A stretch of DNA of 64,000 bases, taken from positions 1 to 64,000 of the forward strand of contig JAQBVF010000018.1 in assembly GCA_027623675.1 (NCBI GenBank), written 5' to 3'. Shown here piece by piece: positions 1 to 8,943 of this stretch (positions are counted from its first letter, which is position 1; every line of letters starts with the position of its first letter). The stretch is from Chloroflexota bacterium. Lineage in GTDB: Bacteria > Chloroflexota > Dehalococcoidia > Lucifugimonadales > UBA3495. The position numbers were made by a program, and so were the translations under genes. Below the pieces are notes generated by a model that was given only the letters and a program-made list of their open reading frames with translations, searched no databases and had not been told where the DNA came from.

Positions 1-268
1 TGGCGCGCCAGCACGATTCCCTGGTGGGGGTTGGCTCTATGAAAGGTTCTTGCATCGAGTAGATATTAATGGACATTAACCGGTTCCGGCGACTCAACAT
101 GCCGATAGAGCAATTCAAAGACAACAACGACGAACTCCACCGCATCGAAGCGCTCCGCCAGATATCCCTGGACCACCTACCTACACAATTGTTGTCAACG
201 CTCCGGTTGCCGCTTGTCCCGGCGCCACCCCCCCCAGGATGTGCCAGGGTTTCAGGCTCATGCCGTCC

Positions 269-907
269 TCATTGTTTTTGGTCCTCTTCGGGAATCGCCC
301 GATCCGCCGGAGGCGGACCTTCAATTACCCCAAGTGGGTGTTCCGTCGGGATATTAGCTCCGGGATGCAGGTTGTAGGTGATGTGGACCTGGCGGCTATC
401 TATGGCCGGAGTTGCGTAGTTATCCCGGTAAGTCGGATCCAGTTTCTTTGTCAGGAACATGAGCAAATTATCACTGTACTCTTTGATGGTCACAGGAGCG
501 CCATCGGAGTCCTTAGTTATCTGCCCTTTATACACGATGGGCTTATCAACCCCTTCTATCGCTCTCCGGCGTACTTCCATTTCCGCATACCCCAACGCTA
601 CCTGAGCCGCCCAAGTTTTCCTCTTTTTAAAGCCATACATATCCCGACTATCCCACGCTTCCACAGCGGGAACACTTACCCCGGCGGCTTCGGCAGCGTG
701 TGTGATAATCCCACACTTGGCAAACTCTTCCAAGAAACGCTCTTGATTCTTCCAACAACGCAATTGGCTCACAGTGGGATTAACTGGAAAGCCAAACTCT
801 TCGGGATCGCCCGTAGGCTCTATCGCCGAATGCTGGCCTGTACCATTCGGTTGTGGAACATCCGGCGGGGCGGGCTGTCGTGCCAAGCTCTTGTCCTGTT
901 CATTCAC
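269..907 (-). CDS. Phage terminase small subunit-like protein (N-terminal HTH)
   Basis: GTG start at 907 with GGAGG upstream. QERFLEEFAKCGIITHAAEAAGVS (HTH-like) is followed by EVRRRAIEGVDKPIVYKG...IKEYSDNLLMFL, a pattern typical of TerS-like proteins. The track's extension to 1261 runs through the tRNA and is not credible. Confidence 0.7.
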   Translation of the reverse strand: MNEQDKSLARQPAPPDVPQPNGTGQHSAIEPTGDPEEFGFPVNPTVSQLRCWKNQERFLEEFAKCGIITHAAEAAGVSVPAVEAWDSRDMYGFKKRKTWAAQVALGYAEMEVRRRAIEGVDKPIVYKGQITKDSDGAPVTIKEYSDNLLMFLTKKLDPTYRDNYATPAIDSRQVHITYNLHPGANIPTEHPLGVIEGPPPADRAIPEEDQKQ

Positions 908-1180
908 GGTAAGATGCCCTCCAGCATGGCCCTTGCTGCCATTGTACCAACTAGCCCAGGAAAACCGCTTCTTTTGGATAAATAATTGCGCGGGGTTTCC
1001 ACATACCCTATACGGGAACCCGCTAAGCCGTGCCGGGGGGTATGGGGGGTATGGGGGGTACCCCCCTGGTGCCAGCCGGGAACAACTTGCCCTGCCAAAA
1101 GCAGCGGACAACAACCGGGGGAGTTTCACGCCTGAGAAAAGGGCCAGCGAAAAAGTTCGTGGACAATCCGTGGACATTAC

Positions 1181-1217
1181 AACAAAAGGCCCGGAACTCA
1201 CCGGAGTGGTCCGGGCC
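1181..1217 (-). terminator. Rho-independent terminator after tRNA-Ser
   Basis: GGCCCGGA...TCCGGGCC stem (1188-1217) followed on the minus strand by TTTTGTT. Confidence 0.7.
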
Positions 1218-1233
1218 GAACTTGTGCCTATTC

Positions 1234-1323
1234 TGGCGGAGAGAGTGGGATTCGAACCCACGATGAGGTTGCCCCCATACCGGTTTTCGAGACCGGCGCT
1301 TTCGTCCGCTCAGCCATCTCTCC
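1234..1323 (-). tRNA. tRNA-Ser(CGA)
   Basis: Minus strand reads GGAGAGATGGCTGAGCGGACGAAAGCGCCGGTCT-CGA-AAACCGG...GGGTTCGAATCCCACTCTCTCCGCCA; long variable arm, encoded CCA. Confidence 0.97.
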
Positions 1324-1615
1324 GGGACCAGTATTATAGCTGAATATCCGGGCTCGGCGCACGTCCCCGGTGGGGAATCACCAACTTGTGAAAATTGGAA
1401 CTTAGCGGCCGTCTTACCCCGGATTTACGAATAAACTTAGTTCAGTTTATTGATAATTGGGGTTGCCTGAGCGGCTGATTCCAGTTATAGTTGGAAGGAA
1501 TTCGTCGCCGTATTCGGCTGCCGAATTCCAAGTTCGCAACACGTGAAACCCCGGTGTTTTTAGGGCGATCACTCAGTGTTAGCCAAACAGACTCCGGCGT
1601 TTCTCAGGAGAGTCA

Positions 1616-2077
1616 ATGTTAAATCAGCAAGAGCTCGTCGATCGCATGCGGGAATGGGCTGTCCGGGTTACTCCGCAACGGCTTGCCATCGCCGAGGTGG
1701 TACTCAACTCGTCCGACCATCCCACGGTGCAACAGATATATGAAAGGGTCAAGGGCCATTTCCCTTCCATGACGCTAGCCACGATCTACTCCACGCTGGG
1801 CGTGCTGCAGAAAAGCGGTCTCATCCAGGAACTACCGTTCCAGAAGATGTCGCGCTACGAACCCAACATGGACCCCCACGTCAACCTGGTCTGTATCGAG
1901 TGCGAGAACGTGATCGATGCAGACACCGGCCACGACGTTCAGGATGTGGTGGTGAGCCTGCGCAAGCAGATCGCGGACAACTCCGACTTTGAAGTTGCCT
2001 GGCAGAGGGTGGACTTCTACGGCCTGTGCCCACGTTGTTCCGCCGCCAAGCGCCGGGGCGAGCTTTCCGAAGTCTAA
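1616..2077 (+). CDS. Fur/PerR family transcriptional regulator
   Basis: RVTPQR, DHPT, LATIY, CxxC...CxxC structural Zn site. Confidence 0.93.
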   Translation: MLNQQELVDRMREWAVRVTPQRLAIAEVVLNSSDHPTVQQIYERVKGHFPSMTLATIYSTLGVLQKSGLIQELPFQKMSRYEPNMDPHVNLVCIECENVIDADTGHDVQDVVVSLRKQIADNSDFEVAWQRVDFYGLCPRCSAAKRRGELSEV

Positions 2078-2102
2078 GCGGCGTTCCAACTAAGAACTTT
2101 TA

Positions 2103-2134
2103 CGGCCGGCTGGTGCATACCAGCCGGCCGTTTA
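2103..2134 (+). terminator. Hairpin/terminator after Fur-family gene
   Basis: CGGCCGGCTGGT-GCAT-ACCAGCCGGCCG followed by TTTAT. Confidence 0.6.
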
Positions 2135-2185
2135 TATTTCCAGATTCTTTCTCGCGGAGTATCCTGACTTGACAGGAGGGCCGGC

Positions 2186-2545
2186 ATGATAACTGGCGTG
2201 ATCGGCGTAACATTCTATACCGGTGGTCTGGAGCGCATGTTCCATTTCTACAACGACGTGTTGCGCCTGCCGCTCCATTCCCGCCACGAGGATTTCATCG
2301 CCTTTGAATCGGGCGGCGTGCGGTTCAACATCGGCCGGCACAGCCAGGTTTCCGGACAGTCCGCCGACCCCTTTAGGTTCATGCCCCACCTGGGCGTCGA
2401 CGACATCCACGCCGAAGCCCAGCGGCTGACGGCGGCCGGAGTGGAGTTCATCCGCAAGCCCGAGCAGGAGGCCTGGGGCGGCTGGGTCGCCACGTTCCAG
2501 GACCCGGACGGAAATATCCTGCAACTGCTGCAATTGGCCCCGTAG
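2186..2545 (+). CDS. VOC/glyoxalase family protein
   Basis: FY..VL.L, GVEF..KP...WGG..ATF.DPDGN.LQL. Confidence 0.9.
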   Translation: MITGVIGVTFYTGGLERMFHFYNDVLRLPLHSRHEDFIAFESGGVRFNIGRHSQVSGQSADPFRFMPHLGVDDIHAEAQRLTAAGVEFIRKPEQEAWGGWVATFQDPDGNILQLLQLAP

Positions 2546-2607
2546 ACGCCGATAGAGCCTATAGAAAGGTCTAGAATAGGGCGATTCGAACATTGGAGAG
2601 GACTGAG

Positions 2608-3402
2608 ATGGCCGGTGCAGACAGGACCCAGCAAGCGGCGCGGTTCTTGCAAGACGCTCATGCGGCGCGGGCTGCCTACCAGCCCCTACCCGAGGCGTTC
2701 GCGCCCAGGGATATCGACGAGGCATACGACATTCAGGAGGCTTTCCAGGCACTGCTGGCGGCGGAGCGCGGGCCAATCTCCGGCTACAAGATTGCTCTGA
2801 CCACGCCTGTGATGCAGAAGATGGTGGGCTTTGGCCACCCCTGTTTCGGGGCGGTGTTCGCCAGCGTCGTGCACCACTCGCCGGTCACGGTGAAAGCGTC
2901 GGATTACGTGCACATCGGCGCCGAGTGCGAGATCGCGGCGCTGCTGTCGCGCGACCTGCCCGCCGCCGCCGCGCCTTACGACCGGGAAACGGTTGCCGGG
3001 GCCGTGGCGGCGTTGATGCCGGCCTTCGAGTTGGTGGATGACCGGGGCGCTGACTATTCGGACCTATTTTTCCTGGGCGTGGCTGCCGACAACGCCTGGA
3101 ACGCCGGAGTTGTATTGGGTGAGAAGGTCACCGACTGGCGGGGCATCGACCTGGTTGCCGCATCCGGGGCCATGACCATCAACGGTCAACCGGCTGGCGA
3201 AGGGAAGGGCGGCGACGTACTCGGGCACCCGCTGGAAGCCCTGGCGTGGCTGGCCAATACCCTGGCCCAGCGTGGCCAGAGCCTCAAGAAAGACATGATC
3301 GTCATGACCGGCAGCATCGTCAGCACCAAATTCTTGAACCAGGGCGACGACGTCCGATTCGACATCCCCGAGCTGGGCGAAGTACGCCTGACGGTGGGGT
3401 GA
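2608..3402 (+). CDS. Fumarylacetoacetate hydrolase family, 2-keto-4-pentenoate hydratase-like
   Basis: AYDIQ, GYKIALT, AECEIA, FELVD.R, ADNA, GHPL.AL.WLAN, MTGS. Confidence 0.9.
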   Translation: MAGADRTQQAARFLQDAHAARAAYQPLPEAFAPRDIDEAYDIQEAFQALLAAERGPISGYKIALTTPVMQKMVGFGHPCFGAVFASVVHHSPVTVKASDYVHIGAECEIAALLSRDLPAAAAPYDRETVAGAVAALMPAFELVDDRGADYSDLFFLGVAADNAWNAGVVLGEKVTDWRGIDLVAASGAMTINGQPAGEGKGGDVLGHPLEALAWLANTLAQRGQSLKKDMIVMTGSIVSTKFLNQGDDVRFDIPELGEVRLTVG

Positions 3403-3409
3403 GGTTCGG

Positions 3410-4555
3410 CTAGGCGATAAACATAGCGTCGCCGAAGCTGTAGAACCGGTACCCCTTTCCGATCGCCTCTCGGTAAGCCGCCAACACCCCATCTCGTCCT
3501 GAGCTCCGACTGGAAGTCGAGAGTCTCCCCGATGCATCGTGGGGACCCGTCGAAGGACCGTCTCCGGCCCGGCCATGCTCCACGAACGCCGACACCAGCA
3601 TTAGCAGGCTGGACCGGGGCAGGTGGAAGTTGGTGATCATGGCGTCGACCATGCGGAATCGGTGGCCGGGAAGGATGAAGATGCTGGCCTCGCCTTCGGT
3701 TTCCGACAGGGCGGTCTGGCCGTTTCGTTCCATGTCCTGGCCCGCCTGCTCCAGCACACGCACCGACGTGGTGCCGACGGCGATGATACGCCTGCCCTCG
3801 GCTTTGGCTCGGTTCAGCGTCTGGGCGGCTTGGCCGTCTATCTGGTAGCGCTCGGTGTGTATCTTGTGCTCGGTGGGGTCGTCCTCGTCCACCGGCTTGA
3901 ATGTGTCCAAGCCCACATGCAGGGTGACGAAGACGGATTCCACGCCCATGGCCCTCACCTTTTCCAGCAGGCCGTCGGTGAAGTGGAGACCGGCGGTTGG
4001 GGCGGCCACGCTGCCCGGCAGGCGCGAGTATACCGTTTGGTAACGCTCCGGGTCGTCTAGGACCGCTTTGATGTAGGGCGGCAGCGGGGTTACTCCGAAA
4101 CTCTCTATCCCCTCCTCGCTGGAGAGCCTGATGGTCTTTAGTCCGTCGTCGCGGGCTTCGAGAATCCGGACCTGAAATCCCCCCTCGGTCCCCTCCTCTG
4201 TGAAAGGGGAATGAGGGGATCTTTCGATATCCACCACCACGCCTGGCCGCAGTCTCCGGCCCGGCCGGGCCATGGCGGTCCAATCGCCGTCGGCGTTGCG
4301 GCGCAGCAGCAGGAACTCCACCTTGCTGCCCGTGTCGGCGCGCCGTCCGTAGAGCCGCGCGGGGATCACCCGGCTCTGATTGAAGACCATCACGTCGCCG
4401 GGGCGTAGGTATTCCAGCACGTCGGGAAATTGGCGGTGTTCCAGGGCTCCGGAGTCCCGGCGCATCACCAGGATCCGGGACGAGTCGCGAGGCTCGATGG
4501 GTGACTGGGCAATCAGCTCCGGTGGGAGGTGGTAGTCGAAATCGCTGGTGCGCAT
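3410..4555 (-). CDS. queA: S-adenosylmethionine:tRNA ribosyltransferase-isomerase, with two in-frame repeat insertions
   Basis: DFDYHLPPELIAQ, PLPPYI, RYQTVY, SVAAPTAGLHF, AVGTTSVR, TNFHLPRSSL, YRFYSFGDAM. Confidence 0.97.
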   Translation of the reverse strand: MRTSDFDYHLPPELIAQSPIEPRDSSRILVMRRDSGALEHRQFPDVLEYLRPGDVMVFNQSRVIPARLYGRRADTGSKVEFLLLRRNADGDWTAMARPGRRLRPGVVVDIERSPHSPFTEEGTEGGFQVRILEARDDGLKTIRLSSEEGIESFGVTPLPPYIKAVLDDPERYQTVYSRLPGSVAAPTAGLHFTDGLLEKVRAMGVESVFVTLHVGLDTFKPVDEDDPTEHKIHTERYQIDGQAAQTLNRAKAEGRRIIAVGTTSVRVLEQAGQDMERNGQTALSETEGEASIFILPGHRFRMVDAMITNFHLPRSSLLMLVSAFVEHGRAGDGPSTGPHDASGRLSTSSRSSGRDGVLAAYREAIGKGYRFYSFGDAMFIA

Positions 4556-4579
4556 GGAGGTTGGGCTAACAGACGCCGG

Positions 4580-5482
4580 CTAGCTGTGGGGTTGTCGTCC
4601 GTGGATGCTGATCCGGGCGGCGGTGAGGGTGTTGACCAGCAGCATGGCGATGGTCATGGGGCCCACCCCGCCGGGCACGGGGGTGATGGCCGACGCCTTC
4701 TGGGACACAGCTTCGAAGTCTACGTCGCCCACCAGCCGGTAGCCGCTTTTGCGGGATGGGTCGTCGACCCGGTTGATGCCAACATCAATGACCACCGCGC
4801 CTTCTTTGACCATGTCGGCGGTGATCGCTTTGGGGCGTCCGATGGCGGCTACCAAGATGTCTGCCTGCCGGGTGATCTCCGCCAGGTTCTTGGTGCGGGT
4901 GTGGCAGACGGTCACGGTGGCGTTGCCTCCTTCGCCGCGTTGCATCAACAGCAAAGCCATGGGCTTGCCCACGATCTCGCTGCGGCCGCAGACCACCACG
5001 TTGGCCCCAGCCGGGTCGTGGCCGTTACGCATCAGGATCTGCTGGATGCCGGCGGGAGTGCCCGGCACGAAATCAGGACGGCCCTGGACCAACTTGCCCA
5101 CGTTGAACGGGTGCAGACCGTCAATGTCTTTATCAGGCGAGATGGCCTCGATGATCAGCCGCTCGTCGATCTGGGGCGGCAGGGGCAGTTGGACCAATAT
5201 CCCGTGGAAGCGGGAATCAGCGTTCAGATCTTGAACACACGTTAAAAGCTGTTCGTTGGTGGTGTCGGCGGGCAGGAGAAACGTGTCGCTGACCATGCCC
5301 ACTTCGTCGCAGGCGCGGCGCTTGTTGCGCACGTAGATCGCCGATGCCGGGTCATCGCCAGCCAGCACCGCCGCCAAACCCGGAGTGACGCCGTGCCGCT
5401 GCTTGATCTCAGCCACGCCGACGGCGACTTCTTTCCGTATCTCCTCGGCCAGCGCCTTTCCGTCCAGGATCTTTGCTGTCAA
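4580..5482 (-). CDS. folD: Bifunctional methylenetetrahydrofolate dehydrogenase/cyclohydrolase
   Basis: GILVQLPLP, KDIDG, GRSEIVGKP, IDVGINR, TPVPGGVGPMT. Confidence 0.97.
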   Translation of the reverse strand: MTAKILDGKALAEEIRKEVAVGVAEIKQRHGVTPGLAAVLAGDDPASAIYVRNKRRACDEVGMVSDTFLLPADTTNEQLLTCVQDLNADSRFHGILVQLPLPPQIDERLIIEAISPDKDIDGLHPFNVGKLVQGRPDFVPGTPAGIQQILMRNGHDPAGANVVVCGRSEIVGKPMALLLMQRGEGGNATVTVCHTRTKNLAEITRQADILVAAIGRPKAITADMVKEGAVVIDVGINRVDDPSRKSGYRLVGDVDFEAVSQKASAITPVPGGVGPMTIAMLLVNTLTAARISIHGRQPHS

Positions 5483-5648
5483 TCGGTCCTCGTTTCGAAA
5501 GCGGGAATATCGCGGCCCAATCTTATCACGCTGGGAACCGCAGCCTCCAGGTTTGATGCAGCCCAGAGCGGCAATCTATACTTGAGGTCGCCAGGCCAGC
5601 TTCCCTGGAGAGCGGGCCAGGCCAAATTCACCGGAGACCGGGTGGGAT

Positions 5649-6569
5649 ATGCGAATCTGCTCACTGCTGCCCAGCGCCACCGAGATCGTCTACGCCCTCG
5701 GATTGGGCGGCCAAATGGTTGGCGTTTCCCACGCCTGCGATTTTCCCAAAGACGCGTCAACCAAACCGGTGGTCAGCCAGAGCGTGCGGCAGATCACCCA
5801 TCTGTCCAGCGAAGAGATCGACGGGATCGTGCAGCAGGCACGCGCCAACGGGAACCCGCTTTACTGGATCGACGCGGACCTATTGCGCGAGTTGAAGCCG
5901 GACCTGATCATTACCCAGGAGCTATGCGAGGTCTGTGCCATCGCCAGCGGCTCGGTGTTCGAGACCGTGGCCAAAGAACTGGACTACCAGCCCGAGATAC
6001 TGACGATCCGGCCGAACCGAGTCGCCGACATCCTCCAGAATGTGCGCAACATCGCCGCCGCAGCGGGCGTTCCGGAACAAGGTCAAGAGGTGGCAGGATC
6101 GCTGGAATTCCGCATCCAAGCGGTGATTGACGGCGTGCCCCGTGACTTGGCAAAGCCCCGAGTATTGTGCCTGGACTGGCTGGACCCGCTACGCAACACC
6201 GGGCAGTGGGTGCCTGAATTGGTGGAACTTGCGGGCGGTGTTGAAGGGCTGGCCGTGCCCGGCGGTCTCTCCCGAGAGCTGACCTGGAGCGAGATCGTCG
6301 AATATGCGCCGGAGTACCTGATGGTGATGCCGTGCGCCTTTGAGCCGGACCGTGTGCGCCAGGAGACGGCGGACAAGCTGACCACGCTTGAAGGTTGGGC
6401 CGGGCTGCCCGCCGTGCGCATGGATCAGGTGTTTCTGTTCGATGGCCGTATCCCGACCCGCCACGGCCCACGGGTGGTGGACGTTCTGGAAGGTTTGGCC
6501 GAGGCCATGCACCCTCAGCGCTTCGCCGGCATCACAGATGGTGGAGTTTTGTCGAGAGAACGGCCATGA
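5649..6569 (+). CDS. BtuF-like cobalamin/iron-siderophore binding protein, no signal peptide
   Basis: RICSLLPSATEI.YALG, LKPDLIITQELCEVCA, GQWVPELVELAGG, GPR.VD. Confidence 0.85.
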   Translation: MRICSLLPSATEIVYALGLGGQMVGVSHACDFPKDASTKPVVSQSVRQITHLSSEEIDGIVQQARANGNPLYWIDADLLRELKPDLIITQELCEVCAIASGSVFETVAKELDYQPEILTIRPNRVADILQNVRNIAAAAGVPEQGQEVAGSLEFRIQAVIDGVPRDLAKPRVLCLDWLDPLRNTGQWVPELVELAGGVEGLAVPGGLSRELTWSEIVEYAPEYLMVMPCAFEPDRVRQETADKLTTLEGWAGLPAVRMDQVFLFDGRIPTRHGPRVVDVLEGLAEAMHPQRFAGITDGGVLSRERP

Positions 6570-6748
6570 CCGGGCCCTCAATGCCCATTCATCGGCTATT
6601 CATCGTTTGTTCATGCCGAGCCCGCAAAGACAGCCAGATAAAACCCAAGACGGGAATCGCGCGTAGTATCAGACAATAAAACACCGGCCCGAAAACCCCG
6701 GCCCGGCCGGCGTCGGCGCACACCTAGATTCCCAGGGTTTCGAGGGAT

Positions 6749-7660
6749 ATGTTTCAGCCAATAAGCAGAGTAATCAACCTGGAAGAACGCAACGCCATGC
6801 GTACCATGGTGTTGCCGGCGGTGGTGGCTGTCCTTGCGCTGGGGACCGCGTTTGCCGGCGCGATCTTGCTTGGCGGCGACGGCGGCATCGACGGCGTGAA
6901 CGGGTTCGTCGAGTCGCTATCCGGCAGTTCCAGTTCTAAACTTGGGGGCTGGGGTTTGCTGGCCCCGTTGGGATTCGCCTTCGCGGTGGGCATGGCTTCG
7001 GCCGTCAACCCGTGCGGGTTCGCCATGCTGCCGGCTTATCTGGGACTATATCTGGGCGATCAAGAGAAGGAAGGGCCGAAAGTTCACCCAGGAAAGCGAT
7101 TGGTCCATGCGTTAGTAGTGGGCGGTACCGTCACAGCCGGGTTCGTGGTGCTGTTCGGAGCGGCCGGATTGATCATTGGACTGGGCGCGCGGACGTTGAT
7201 AATCGAGGTTTTGCCCTGGTTGGGACTGGTGATCGGCGTCGTCCTGGCGCTGGTGGGTTCCTGGATGATCGGAGGCGGCAAACTGTACACCGGAATCGCG
7301 GCCCGGGCCGCCAACAACATGGGCGACCCTGGAACGGTCAGCTTGAAGGGATACTTGATCTTCGGGATAAGTTACGCCACCGCATCGCTGAGTTGCACCC
7401 TGCTCATCTTCCTGGCGGTGGTGGGCACCAGCCTGGCTGTGTCCAGCATATTTACGTCTCTGGGCCAGTTCCTGCTCTACGCCCTGGGAATGGGCGTGGT
7501 TATCACGGCATTGACCGTGGGCATGGCATTCTTCAAGGGCGCGATGGTGGGCGCCCTGAGAAAGGCCCTGCCCTACGTTCAGCCGGTAGGCTCGTGGCTC
7601 ATGGTCATCGCCGGGATGTACATAGTCTTCTACTGGCTAACCATCGGAGACCTGCTATAG
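6749..7660 (+). CDS. CcdA/DsbD-family transmembrane electron transporter
   Basis: Multiple hydrophobic helices; NPCGFAMLPAY and ASLSCT cysteines. Start may be 6797. Confidence 0.85.
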   Translation: MFQPISRVINLEERNAMRTMVLPAVVAVLALGTAFAGAILLGGDGGIDGVNGFVESLSGSSSSKLGGWGLLAPLGFAFAVGMASAVNPCGFAMLPAYLGLYLGDQEKEGPKVHPGKRLVHALVVGGTVTAGFVVLFGAAGLIIGLGARTLIIEVLPWLGLVIGVVLALVGSWMIGGGKLYTGIAARAANNMGDPGTVSLKGYLIFGISYATASLSCTLLIFLAVVGTSLAVSSIFTSLGQFLLYALGMGVVITALTVGMAFFKGAMVGALRKALPYVQPVGSWLMVIAGMYIVFYWLTIGDLL

Positions 7661-7671
7661 CCGCCCGGGAT

Positions 7672-8943
7672 ATGGAGCCGACTCCCAGCATGTTACTCGT
7701 TTCAGCCAAGAGATGGCTGCTCGCCGGGACAGTCTTGGCCGCCGTTGCGGGCATCGCCTGCGGCAGCCAGGCCTCGGACCAGCCATTCGACAACTCCCGG
7801 TCCGATGCGGCCACCAACCTGGCCGTACCGGACACTGGTCCGGGCCCTTCGCCCATCGTTGAGCCAGACATCAATTACCGATCTGAGCTGGATGGCGCCC
7901 GTTTTCAAACGAGCGGCTGGCGTACCGACTTTAGCCGGCACACGGTCCCCTTCGACAGCCTAATGTCCGGTGGTGTTGGGCGTGACGGCATCCCGCCGAT
8001 CGACCAACCCCGGTTCGAAACGATTGAAGAAGCCGCGCCGGTTATGAACGATCTGGAACCGGTGGTGGCGTTCAAGATCAATGGCGAAGCCAGAGCCTAT
8101 CCCCTGGCCATACTGACCTGGCACGAGGTGGTCAACGATGTTGTGGGCGGCGAACCGGTTACGGTGACGTTCTGTCCGCTGTGCAACTCGGCGGTGGTCT
8201 TCAATCGCACCATCAACGGGAAGGTCTTCGATTTCGGAGTGTCGGGGAACCTGAGGAACAGCGACCTGATCATGTGGGACCGCCAGACCCAGACCTGGTG
8301 GCAGCAGCTCACTGGGGAGGCCATCATCGGCGAATTGGCAGGGCACCGGTTAGAGTTCGTACCCGCCTCGATAATCTCGTGGGCCGATTTCAGAACGGCC
8401 AATCCGGACTCGTTGGTGCTCTCCCGTAACACAGGATTCAGCCGGCCCTACGGCAGCAACCCGTACAGCGGCTACGACCGGGTCGACCGGCCACCATTCC
8501 TGTTCGACGGCGAGACCGACGACCGCCTGTTGCCCAAAGAGCGGGTGGCCGCGCTACAGATCGGGGACGTGTCGGCGGCCTTCCCATTCCCGGTGTTGGA
8601 GTCTGAACGCGTGGTCAACTACCCGGTGAACGGGACCGACCTGGTGGTCTTCTTCAAGCCTGGCACCCTGTCGGCCTTGGACCGGGCGCTGATCATGGAT
8701 TCCAATGACGTTGGCTCCACCGGGGTGTTTGAGGCGGTGTTGGACGGGCGAAAGCTGACATTCCGGTTGGAGAACGGCGGATTCATGGATGACCAGACGG
8801 GCAGTGTGTGGAACATCCTGGGCGAGGCCGTGTCCGGACGATCGGCGGGCAAGACCCTCACTCCCATCGTTCACGCCAACCATTTCTGGTTCGCCTGGGG
8901 CGCATTCAATCCGGATACGCTGATCTACAAGGGGCAGCGGTAG
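7672..8943 (+). CDS. DUF3179-family exported (lipo)protein with CxxC
   Basis: Lipobox-like AGIAC; DGIPPID.P.F, ARAYPL.IL.WHEVVND, TFCPLCNS, FGVSG.L.NSDLIM.DRQT, FWFAW..F.P.T. Confidence 0.88.
   Translation: MEPTPSMLLVSAKRWLLAGTVLAAVAGIACGSQASDQPFDNSRSDAATNLAVPDTGPGPSPIVEPDINYRSELDGARFQTSGWRTDFSRHTVPFDSLMSGGVGRDGIPPIDQPRFETIEEAAPVMNDLEPVVAFKINGEARAYPLAILTWHEVVNDVVGGEPVTVTFCPLCNSAVVFNRTINGKVFDFGVSGNLRNSDLIMWDRQTQTWWQQLTGEAIIGELAGHRLEFVPASIISWADFRTANPDSLVLSRNTGFSRPYGSNPYSGYDRVDRPPFLFDGETDDRLLPKERVAALQIGDVSAAFPFPVLESERVVNYPVNGTDLVVFFKPGTLSALDRALIMDSNDVGSTGVFEAVLDGRKLTFRLENGGFMDDQTGSVWNILGEAVSGRSAGKTLTPIVHANHFWFAWGAFNPDTLIYKGQR

Larger units (their letters stand above)
1..1233. mobile_element. 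Right edge of a putative integrated element (prophage/satellite or remnant) at the 3' end of tRNA-Ser; continues beyond the window
   Basis: Phage-type gene directly downstream of a tRNA 3' end, lower GC than the flanks, and direct repeat CGTGGACA at 1158-1165/1169-1176. No integrase is visible in the window. Confidence 0.5.

Noticed and set aside
69..985. Plus-strand ORFs 69..377 and 239..985
   Set aside because: They are antisense shadows of the TerS-like gene with no motifs.
7672..8943. Selenoprotein form of DUF3179
   Set aside because: The redox motif is CPLC with ordinary Cys codons and no in-frame TGA. The track's extension to 7012 overlaps ccdA and is spurious.
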